This document shows positions 5,836 through 13,586 of a DNA stretch of 15,564 nucleotides, piece by piece. The translations under genes were made by a program, and so were the position numbers. How positions within the stretch are numbered: position 1 is the first letter of the stretch; each line of letters opens with the position of its first letter. This DNA comes from Promethearchaeia archaeon (GTDB lineage Archaea > Asgardarchaeota > Lokiarchaeia > Sigyniarchaeales > SOKP01). The notes below the pieces were generated by a model. It was not told the DNA's origin and did no database searches. It saw only the letters and a list, made by a program, of their open reading frames with translations. Location of the stretch: NCBI GenBank assembly GCA_029856125.1, contig JAHQWJ010000137.1, forward strand, positions 1-15,564. The letters are read 5' to 3'.

Positions 5836-7938
5836 ATGGCAGTAGCGTTTTTAATAGTATCTTTAATCGCAGGGATTATTTCTATCGGAATGGCGATATA
5901 TTTTAGAATGTTAGTCTTGAAAGAGGATCCTGGAAATGAAAAAATGGTTACGGTTGCTGGATATATAGAAGATGGTGCAAAATCCTACATCAAGGTACAA
6001 TACATGGTTTTAGGTATTTTTGTAGGTGCATTATTTTTTATAATACTCTTCTTATTACCTTCTCCTTTACAACCTAGTGAGCGATTTGCTGTATTTTTCA
6101 ATTGGGAACAAGCTGTTGCATATGCTATCGGGTCCGCAGGATCCATGGTTGCGGGATATTTAGGCTTATATGTCGGTGTAAAAGCTAATACCAGAGCAGC
6201 TCAAGCTTGTACAGTAGGCACCAAAGAAGGGTTCAATGTTGCATTTTTTGGTGGAGCAGTAATGGGATTGGCTGTTGTAGGCGTTGCCCTCATCGGAGTT
6301 TCAGTATTGTATATGATATTTGGAACACCGTTAATAATTCTTGGGTTTAGTTTTGGAGCAAGCAGCATTGCACTATTTATGAAATGTGGTGGTGGTATTT
6401 TTACCAAAACTGCAGATGTGGGAGCTGATCTTGTAGGAAAAGCAGAATATAATTTACCCGAAGACGATCCAAGAAATCCTGCAACTATAGCTGATAATGT
6501 TGGAGATAACGTTGGTGATATCGCTGGGATGGGATCTGACTTATTTGATTCATATGTAGCATCTATCGTCGCCTCAATGATGCTCGCAGCCTCAATAGCA
6601 TTAATTACTAATATAGACATTACTCTAGACCCTATATTACGGGCTACTCTTGTTGTTACCCCTGTTGTTTTATGCGGAGTTGGGCTAATTGCTTCTCTCA
6701 TTGGGATTTTCATCATCAAATATAGAAAAGCAGAAAATCCTGGAAAAGCTCTGAATAATGGAACTTATTATGCAACACTAATTTTTGCTAGTATTGCTGC
6801 TCTATTTACGTGGTTAATGACCATTGGTTTAAGTGAGGAAGGGACTCTATTATTATGGCGAATTTATTTTGCTGTTTTAATAGGACTTGCATCTGGTATT
6901 GTTATGGGTTTTACAAGCGATTACTTCACCCGTGAAGATAAGAAACCAACTAAAAACATTGCAAACGCAGCAAAAGAGGGTCACGCTGTAGTTATTTTAA
7001 GTGGTTTCTCATATGGACTCCTCAGTGTAGTTCCTCCAACCCTTGGAATTATCGTAGCAATGGCAGTATCCTATCTTCTTGCTGGAGTGTTTGGAGTTGC
7101 AATGGCAGCAGTAGGTATGTTAGCAATTGTTGGGACAATCGTGTCTAATGACGCATTTGGACCTATCGTTGATAATGCTCGGGCTATCGCTGAACAAGGT
7201 GAATTGGGAGATGATGTGATCCGAACCGCAGATCATTTGGATTCAGCTGGAAATACAGCTAAGGCTATCACGAAAGGATTCGCAATTGGCGCCGCTAATT
7301 TGACTGTTTTTGCATTATTGTTCTCTTTTGCTGAAGAATCAGGGATTACAGTGGTGGATTTATTACGCATAGAAGTGCTTATTGGAGCTTTCATTGGTGT
7401 AGTTGTGCCTGCTCTTTTCTCAGCATTATTAGTTCTAGCAGTTCAAAGAAATGCTGCAAAAATGGTTGATGAGATTCGAAGACAATTTGAAGAAAACCCA
7501 AAAATTCTAACTGGTGAAGAACCTGCTGATTTCAAGAGGACAATTGACATAGCAACAAAAGGCTCCTTACGGGAATTAATCTTACCAAGTATTATCTCAA
7601 TAACCGTTCCTATTGGTGTTGGCATTTTATTTGGCGTAGCTTCCTTAGCGGCATTTCTAGCAGGTGCAATCTTATCGGGCTTCGTGTTCGCTGTGTTCAT
7701 GTCTAATAGCGGAGGGGCCTGGGACAATGCCAAGAAATTTATTGAAGATGGCAACTTAGGAGGCAAAGGAACTGAAGCACATAAAGCGTCAATTACTGGT
7801 GATACAGTGGGAGATCCTTTCAAGGATACTGCAGGTCCAAGCATCAATACATTGTTAGTAGTAATGAGCTTAACAGCATCAATGTTTATGGGCTTACTTA
7901 TGCTCTTTAATGGTGGATCAGGTCTATTAGCATTCTAA
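5836..7938 (+). CDS. hppA: Membrane-bound ion-translocating pyrophosphatase, predicted K+-independent type
   Basis: GGGIFTKTADVGADLVGK, PEDDPRNPATIADNVGDNVGD, DAFGPIVDNA, LDSAGNTAKAITKG (Lys at the K+-independence position), GGAWDNAKK, GDTVGDPFKDTAGPS. Many hydrophobic helices. Confidence 0.96.
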   Translation: MAVAFLIVSLIAGIISIGMAIYFRMLVLKEDPGNEKMVTVAGYIEDGAKSYIKVQYMVLGIFVGALFFIILFLLPSPLQPSERFAVFFNWEQAVAYAIGSAGSMVAGYLGLYVGVKANTRAAQACTVGTKEGFNVAFFGGAVMGLAVVGVALIGVSVLYMIFGTPLIILGFSFGASSIALFMKCGGGIFTKTADVGADLVGKAEYNLPEDDPRNPATIADNVGDNVGDIAGMGSDLFDSYVASIVASMMLAASIALITNIDITLDPILRATLVVTPVVLCGVGLIASLIGIFIIKYRKAENPGKALNNGTYYATLIFASIAALFTWLMTIGLSEEGTLLLWRIYFAVLIGLASGIVMGFTSDYFTREDKKPTKNIANAAKEGHAVVILSGFSYGLLSVVPPTLGIIVAMAVSYLLAGVFGVAMAAVGMLAIVGTIVSNDAFGPIVDNARAIAEQGELGDDVIRTADHLDSAGNTAKAITKGFAIGAANLTVFALLFSFAEESGITVVDLLRIEVLIGAFIGVVVPALFSALLVLAVQRNAAKMVDEIRRQFEENPKILTGEEPADFKRTIDIATKGSLRELILPSIISITVPIGVGILFGVASLAAFLAGAILSGFVFAVFMSNSGGAWDNAKKFIEDGNLGGKGTEAHKASITGDTVGDPFKDTAGPSINTLLVVMSLTASMFMGLLMLFNGGSGLLAF

Positions 7939-7968
7939 TAAAAGCTATAAGTTAAAAATAATATAAAA

Positions 7969-7982
7969 TTTTTTCTTTTTTT
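7969..7982 (+). terminator. Oligo-T terminator after hppA
   Basis: TTTTTTCTTTTTTT 30 nt after the stop codon. Confidence 0.5.
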
Positions 7983-8104
7983 ATCATTAACGCGTTCTGT
8001 GAAACTAATCAGTGGACAAATTGACATTAAAATCGAAAAACATTATTTAAAATTGAGTATTTAGTTTATCGTTTAACCATTAATTTTAGGATTTGGATTC
8101 ACCT

Positions 8105-9418
8105 ATGGCTGATAGAAAATTCCTTAACAAAGAAGAACATGCTGATATCCTAAGAAATTATTCAATCGATCCGGGAAAAGCGATGTTTACCATCATCCTA
8201 AGTATAATGGTGGATGTTTTCGGATATAGTATGGTATTACCACTTTTACCTGAAATAGTAAAAAATTTTGGCTCTTCAGCTCTTTTTGTTGGTATTCTCG
8301 TATCTTCAAATGCATTATCTACTTTTATATTCGGACCAATTTGGGGGCGATTATCAGATAAATACGGTCGTAAGCCAATATTACTAATCTCACAGGCAGG
8401 AACGGGTATTTCATTTCTAGTCTTAGCCTTATCTCCAAATATTTATATTATCCTTTTTTCTCGAATTTTAGATGGTGTATTTGGAGGACAAATACCCGTT
8501 ATACGTGCTTACATAGCAGATATCACTACACCCGCAACTCGGGCTTCTGAAATGGGTAAGCTAATGATCGGGCATACAGTAGGAATGGTTTTTGGACCAA
8601 TTATTGGAGGATTATTAGGAGCATTAAATTGGAGGTATCCTTCTCTACTCGCAGTAATTTTGTCAATAATTGCGATTATCTTAACAACAAGAGTATTAAT
8701 AGAGAGCATGCCCAAAGATCGTATCTCAGATATTAAACAACAAAAAGAAATCAGAGAATTATCTTCAGAAAACAAAAGAAAGACTTTTACACGAGAAATT
8801 ATCGTTCGCTTTGCTCAAGTTTTCTTATTATTCTCAATTACCGTTATGTTTAATTCGAGTATGGCTTTAATTCTTGATGAAAGGTATGGAGCTTCCACAA
8901 TTATTATTGGGCTCGTTATGACTCTCGCCGGTGTGACAATCATGATATACGGGGGATTACTTATGAAACCACTATTTAAGAAAGTAGGAGAAAAAAGAAT
9001 TTTACTAATTGCTTCAGTTCTCCTTATATTAAATTTCTTAGCATTCCCATTTATGACAGAAATGTGGATGATTTTTGCGTTTATTCCATCGTTCGTGTTT
9101 AGTATGGTGTTTTTACCTTCTTTAATACAGAGCAATATTACTAAAGCAGTAGATGCTGATAGACAAGGCGTAGTGAGCGGTATGACGACCAATGTTCAAT
9201 CAATCGCACAAATCATATCGCCGTTGGTAGCAACGGGCTTTATAGAAATAGGAGGCTTAACTATTGGAGTGATATTCCTTAACCAATACGAACTTATTGG
9301 TTATTTAGCAGTTATTTTAGGCATTGCACTATTCATAATCTTATATTTTGACTTACGAAAGCATTCCTACCTATATTCTTACGAGAAGCCTCAAAAAGAA
9401 TCTAATGATCCGAATTAA
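8105..9418 (+). CDS. MFS transporter, TetA/DHA1-like drug:H+ antiporter family
   Basis: Motif A (WGRLSDKYGRKP), D..G.SMVLPLLP in TM1, SRILDG, G...GPIIGGLL (motif C), about 12 hydrophobic segments. ATG 8105 preferred over TTG 8093. Confidence 0.9.
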   Translation: MADRKFLNKEEHADILRNYSIDPGKAMFTIILSIMVDVFGYSMVLPLLPEIVKNFGSSALFVGILVSSNALSTFIFGPIWGRLSDKYGRKPILLISQAGTGISFLVLALSPNIYIILFSRILDGVFGGQIPVIRAYIADITTPATRASEMGKLMIGHTVGMVFGPIIGGLLGALNWRYPSLLAVILSIIAIILTTRVLIESMPKDRISDIKQQKEIRELSSENKRKTFTREIIVRFAQVFLLFSITVMFNSSMALILDERYGASTIIIGLVMTLAGVTIMIYGGLLMKPLFKKVGEKRILLIASVLLILNFLAFPFMTEMWMIFAFIPSFVFSMVFLPSLIQSNITKAVDADRQGVVSGMTTNVQSIAQIISPLVATGFIEIGGLTIGVIFLNQYELIGYLAVILGIALFIILYFDLRKHSYLYSYEKPQKESNDPN

Positions 9419-9475
9419 CTATTATTAGAAAACAGCATCTAATAGATTTTAATTCTTAGAAACATTTGTATTTCT

Positions 9476-10246
9476 ATGTCGAAATTCCTCTTAAGTTCAA
9501 TTGAAAAAAATTTAGACGAGTTCTACTTAAAATGTTCAAGACATTCCAATTTCGAATCTATGGATACTACTAAACTAAAATGGGTACGCGCAAAAATAGC
9601 GGATTGGCCAAGTTGTATTTTTCAAGCAAATTTTAACGATTTGGATGTAGATTTCGAAACTGAGCAAGTTAAAAATTTAATTCAATCAGGTAAAGCACCA
9701 GATGATTGGACGATAGGACCTTTAACCAAACCTAAGAATCTCGGTAAATCACTTCTAAAACATAACTTTTCAGAGGTATTTCACCAGGCAGGAATGGCGC
9801 TCGATTTATTTAAAATAAAGATTTCGACGAATATTAACAATACTTTAAATGTTAAAAAAGTTGAAAACAAAAATGATCTAAGTAATTGGTCTAAAGTCGT
9901 ATCAAATGTGTTCCACATAAAACTAGATCAGGAACTTTTAACACACTTACAAACTCAAAGTGAAGTAGCATTCTACATAGGTTTATATCAGGATATTTGC
10001 GTTTCGGCATTACTGTTATATCTTATTCCCGGAGTTGCCGGCCTTCATGCAGTAAGTACGCTGCCAGACTTTAGAAATAATAATTTTGCCCTTACATTAA
10101 GTAGTAGAGCATTGTTAGATGCACGTGATCTAGGATATGAATATGGAGTCCTCCAAGCCTCTTCAATGGGTCAATTTATTTACAAAAAATTAGGATTTAA
10201 AAAATATTGCGATATATTCACTTATGCTCTAAATGAGACATCATAG
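9476..10246 (+). CDS. GNAT-family N-acetyltransferase (C-terminal GNAT domain)
   Basis: VAGLHAVSTLPDFR (motif A region) and GVLQASSMGQFIYKKLGF (motif B). Confidence 0.85.
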   Translation: MSKFLLSSIEKNLDEFYLKCSRHSNFESMDTTKLKWVRAKIADWPSCIFQANFNDLDVDFETEQVKNLIQSGKAPDDWTIGPLTKPKNLGKSLLKHNFSEVFHQAGMALDLFKIKISTNINNTLNVKKVENKNDLSNWSKVVSNVFHIKLDQELLTHLQTQSEVAFYIGLYQDICVSALLLYLIPGVAGLHAVSTLPDFRNNNFALTLSSRALLDARDLGYEYGVLQASSMGQFIYKKLGFKKYCDIFTYALNETS

Positions 10247-10341
10247 AATTTATCTCAATGGATATCAATTCTAAAAGAAAAAAATATTAAAAAAGTAAAA
10301 AAAAATAAAAATTATAAGACTGTTTAACGAAGATAATATTA

Positions 10342-11067
10342 ATGAGATATCAACGAATAACCTTGGAGATATTGATAATTTTCCTTTGCTTATGTTATTT
10401 TATTCTACCCATTCAAGCATTACAAACCTCTCCAACATTTATATTGGGTGATTCGTGTGTACCTATGGATGAAGACGGGTTCATTGTATATGATTTTGAA
10501 TCATCAGTAGCACCTTCACTCTCAAAGGTCGAGGTAAAGGTTATCGATATCCATCAATTAAATAACACTCCTCCCCTATTGGTTGTGAATCTTTCGGTTA
10601 GCAAATTAAATCCAGACACTAATATTTATGAAGCACTAATTGTGGATTTTATAGAATTTGCCAACCAAACCTGTTTGTTATATAACAAAACAGAACAATA
10701 CTTTCGATATCATCAAAATATGGAGAATTTATTAATCAATGGATTTGGAGGCTTTTATATGGTGCCAAATGATCCAGTTAACATAAACATTATAAAGGGT
10801 TACATTGATACCTATACAACTTGGTCTGCTAGTGTAGAGGAAAATACAATTACGATTGATATCAATAATGATCAAGCAATTCTTAAATATAGCGAGCAAG
10901 GAATATTAATTAGAGAAGAAATAAAATCAGCTGGTCAATTAGTATCCACATTAAGTATTAATGTGATCAACGAGCCTACCATTTCCTTTGGAGGGTTATT
11001 TGCTTTATTTCTTATGGTGACTGTCATTGGATTATTAATTATTCAGTGGAATATGAAAAAACGATGA
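10342..11067 (+). CDS. Hypothetical secreted, C-terminally membrane-anchored protein
   Basis: N-terminal basic plus hydrophobic signal (MRYQR..ILIIFLCLCYFILPIQA). C-terminal PTISFGG, a TM helix and a KKR tail. Confidence 0.75.
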   Translation: MRYQRITLEILIIFLCLCYFILPIQALQTSPTFILGDSCVPMDEDGFIVYDFESSVAPSLSKVEVKVIDIHQLNNTPPLLVVNLSVSKLNPDTNIYEALIVDFIEFANQTCLLYNKTEQYFRYHQNMENLLINGFGGFYMVPNDPVNINIIKGYIDTYTTWSASVEENTITIDINNDQAILKYSEQGILIREEIKSAGQLVSTLSINVINEPTISFGGLFALFLMVTVIGLLIIQWNMKKR

Positions 11068-11124
11068 ATCGATGTGCTAGAGATTTCTTGAACTCCTCTA
11101 TGCTAAATACCTATAAAATAAGAT

Positions 11125-11139
11125 ACAAAAATTTATATA
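11125..11139 (+). promoter_or_regulatory. BRE + TATA box of rnpB
   Basis: ACAAAAA-TTTATATA. The TATA box (11132-11139) lies 24-31 nt upstream of the predicted 5' end of P1 (11163). Confidence 0.7.
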
Positions 11140-11162
11140 AAAAAAACGTTTAATTCTTCAGT

Positions 11163-11490
11163 GACACATGAGATATGGGGCTGACGGTGAACTTGATTCG
11201 CTGAGGAACCTCGCCTCACATTTCCAAACTAGGAGTAGATAACTACTACGGTGAAAATCGTATTTTAGCAACTGAAACGACACTGCCCTTTTACGCACAT
11301 TAATGACTTGGGATTAAGCCAGAGAAATTGTAATCGGGAACGGTTGGAACGAGCTAAAACCTGGGTGCAAGGCCAAATGAAGGTAATGAGGATTTGGAAC
11401 GAGCTTTAGGTAGGCCGCATAGTTTGATGCCCCGACTATTTCTTGGTGACGAGAAATGGAACAAAAAGGCGGGTATAAATCTCAGGTGTC
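11163..11490 (+). ncRNA. rnpB: Archaeal RNase P RNA, type A
   Basis: P1 GACAC-a-TGAGAT / ATCTCA-g-GTGTC. P2 GGGGC/GCCCC. P3 CGGTGAA/TTCGCTG. CR-I GAGGAACCTCGCCT and CR-V AACAAAAAGGCGGGTAT form P4 with a bulged U (ACC-U-CGCCU / AGGCG-GGU). P5 CAC/GTG. P6 TTCCAAA/TTTGGAA. P7 CTAGG/CCTGG. P8 GTAG/CTAC. P9 TACGG/TCGTA. CR-II GCAACTGAAAC. P15 GGCC/GGCC preceded by GGU. P19 CTATTTCTTG/CGAGAAATGG. Confidence 0.95.
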
Positions 11491-11507
11491 TTTTTTCCCT
11501 TTTTTTT
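11491..11507 (+). terminator. Oligo-T terminator of rnpB
   Basis: T6-CCC-T8 directly after the 3' strand of P1. Confidence 0.7.
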
Positions 11508-12198
11508 ATAAATCTAAAGGAAGGTGAATTGCAATTTTACATACATCATCACCTTTCATAACAGATTCTAAAACTTTTACTTTAACAGGTTTTTGCAGTA
11601 TTTGTTCCCATATATCTTTATAAAAACCTGCACCACAATAACAATAAATTTCTGGTATGTTTTTAATTAGTATATTTATTACATCTCTAACACGAGGACA
11701 ATGGCAATAGAGTGCTCTTTTCTCATCTAGATTAGTAGCTTGAAAATATTGCGGAATAAAACCACTTTTTGGAATTTTAGTAGCAATTATCATATTGCCA
11801 TTTAAAACACCAGCAGATCCCATACCTTTGTTAAGAATTGTAGTAATTAATTCATTATCAATTTTAAGCGTGTCTTTGAGGAGTGCCTCGAACTTCTGTT
11901 GCAACATCATATGAGCAACTTTAATGTCTTTTGTTTTTTGATACACTACTTTAATGTCGGCTAATTCAGACATAGGGTAATGACATGCACATCCCGTCAT
12001 AATATCAACTTGTGCTTCAGGCTCAAGCAGAGATGTAAGATTTTTCATAGCTTTATTTGTCCAACTAGTAATTTCTTCTATGGAAGATTTATCCGAAAGT
12101 TCCTCGCTTCCCTCCATTATTTTGCCTCTTATTTTATCTCCAGCAATCTCAGATAAGCAATCAGAGAACTTTCCTAACCAATACTTTTCAAAATCCAT
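11506..12198 (-). CDS. Cys-rich hypothetical protein, V4R/DUF6144-like
   Basis: Motifs GCACHYP, YCHCPRVR, YCYCGAGFYK..WE..L.KPVKV..LESV.KGDDVC.IAI. The C-terminal pattern resembles V4R-fold metal-binding domains. ATG 12198 (MDFEKYW) preferred over TTG 12246. Confidence 0.65.
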   Translation of the reverse strand: MDFEKYWLGKFSDCLSEIAGDKIRGKIMEGSEELSDKSSIEEITSWTNKAMKNLTSLLEPEAQVDIMTGCACHYPMSELADIKVVYQKTKDIKVAHMMLQQKFEALLKDTLKIDNELITTILNKGMGSAGVLNGNMIIATKIPKSGFIPQYFQATNLDEKRALYCHCPRVRDVINILIKNIPEIYCYCGAGFYKDIWEQILQKPVKVKVLESVMKGDDVCKIAIHLPLDL

Positions 12199-12289
12199 TA
12201 TAATCTCATTCACATTGAAATTATGTTGAATAATTAATGTCACCAAATAAGCATTAATAAAACAATAAAAAAGGAATAGATATTAGACT

Positions 12290-13120
12290 TTAAGATGCTT
12301 CTGCGTTTTCAATAAGTTTTAATTCGTTCTCACTTAAAATTATTTCTGCCGCTTTCGCATTAGCTTCTACATGTTCGATTTTAAATGCTTTAGGTATAGC
12401 AATAACATTCTTATGGTTTATTAGCCATGCTATAGCAATCTGTTGAATTGTTGCATCATGTGCTTTAGCTATGCTGTTTAATTTATCTATCAACTCTCCT
12501 TCTAAATTGGAATAACCTTTGTGTCCGAGAGGGCTATAAGCCGTTAAGGTTACTCCATTTTTTTGATAATATGGTAAAGAATCAGACACGTGTTTTTGCT
12601 TAGTGATGTTTGCATATAATTGATTCGTTACCAAATCGGTATTAAGAAAGCTTAAACCTTCCTCGAACTGCTCTACTGAGAAATTACTTACACCAACATA
12701 CCTAGTTTTCCCTTCTTTTACTAAATGATCCAATATCTTCATTTGTTTTTCCCTTGAGGTGAAAGGGGAAGGCCAATGTATTAAGTACAAATCGAAGTTA
12801 TTAATTCCTAAACGCTTTAAACTTTTACTAGCGGCTTTTTTCATCGTTCTCAAACTCATATGCATCGGAAACAACTTGCTTGTGATAAATAAATCATCTC
12901 TGTTATATTCAGATATTAAATCACCAACAACTTTTTCGGAAGTGCCAAATCCATAGACTTCAGCAGTATCTATGTGTGTCAAACCTAATTCTATCCCTCG
13001 CCTTAATGAGTTTTTCCATGTTTCGTAATAGTCTTTTCCCTTTCTGCTTTTAATTCCCCACGTACCTTGACCAAGGATAGGAATTTTTTCCCCTGTATTT
13101 CCTAATTCTACCTTCTTCAT
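12290..13120 (-). CDS. Aldo/keto reductase
   Basis: LGQGTW, IDTAEVYG (Asp/Tyr), LFITSK (Lys), DLYLIHWP (His), GVSNF, AYSPLG, QIAIAW, IPKA. Confidence 0.95.
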   Translation of the reverse strand: MKKVELGNTGEKIPILGQGTWGIKSRKGKDYYETWKNSLRRGIELGLTHIDTAEVYGFGTSEKVVGDLISEYNRDDLFITSKLFPMHMSLRTMKKAASKSLKRLGINNFDLYLIHWPSPFTSREKQMKILDHLVKEGKTRYVGVSNFSVEQFEEGLSFLNTDLVTNQLYANITKQKHVSDSLPYYQKNGVTLTAYSPLGHKGYSNLEGELIDKLNSIAKAHDATIQQIAIAWLINHKNVIAIPKAFKIEHVEANAKAAEIILSENELKLIENAEAS

Positions 13121-13374
13121 ATTAAATTAAGTAAATCTTTGAATTTAATCGTCGTTATTTTTAGATATAAGACCATGAGAAATAAAATTGAGAATTATAA
13201 TAGATTTTAGTATAAATTTTATAATCTATAAGAGTTTAATACAATCTGAAATTTTAGATCAAAGATTACTTATTAAAATTGGGGAAGATATCAGAAGATA
13301 TATCCAATTTCTGCATGAAAACATGTAATACGGTCAAATTTTTGATTTTCCTTTTTTTCACGGGACAAACCGTC

Positions 13375-13390
13375 CGAAAAATTATATATA
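13375..13390 (+). promoter_or_regulatory. Candidate BRE + TATA box in the divergent intergenic region
   Basis: CGAAAAA-TTATATATA. Other TATA-like boxes exist nearby (e.g. TTTATATA 13461-13468), so the functional one is uncertain. Confidence 0.4.
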
Positions 13391-13586
13391 TTGTGTTAAA
13401 ACATAGAATAATATCTTAATGAGGTATTAATAACCTCTTATAAAATTGGGTTTTGCATGCTTTATATAATGTCTAAGGGATCAGTGTAATCCAAAGTTCT
13501 AGAGAAACATAAATATATATTTTAATATTTCAAGGGCGATAATCATTAATAAGTATAAATATTTTAGGCTTAATTTATCTTCAATT

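Noticed and set aside
6201-9192. Minus-strand ORFs 6201-6719, 7443-7847, 8509-8775 and 8815-9192
   Set aside because: Typical stop-poor antisense frames of hydrophobic membrane-protein genes (hppA, MFS).
11065-11330. TGA stop of the 10342 gene plus a downstream AUGA..AA..GA hairpin as a Sec/SECIS pair
   Set aside because: The TGA follows a normal TM-KKR terminus, and the hairpin is explained as the P12 kink-turn of RNase P RNA.
11163-11490. GC-richer intergenic block as a novel ncRNA, riboswitch or tRNA
   Set aside because: The helices and conserved regions map onto archaeal RNase P RNA.
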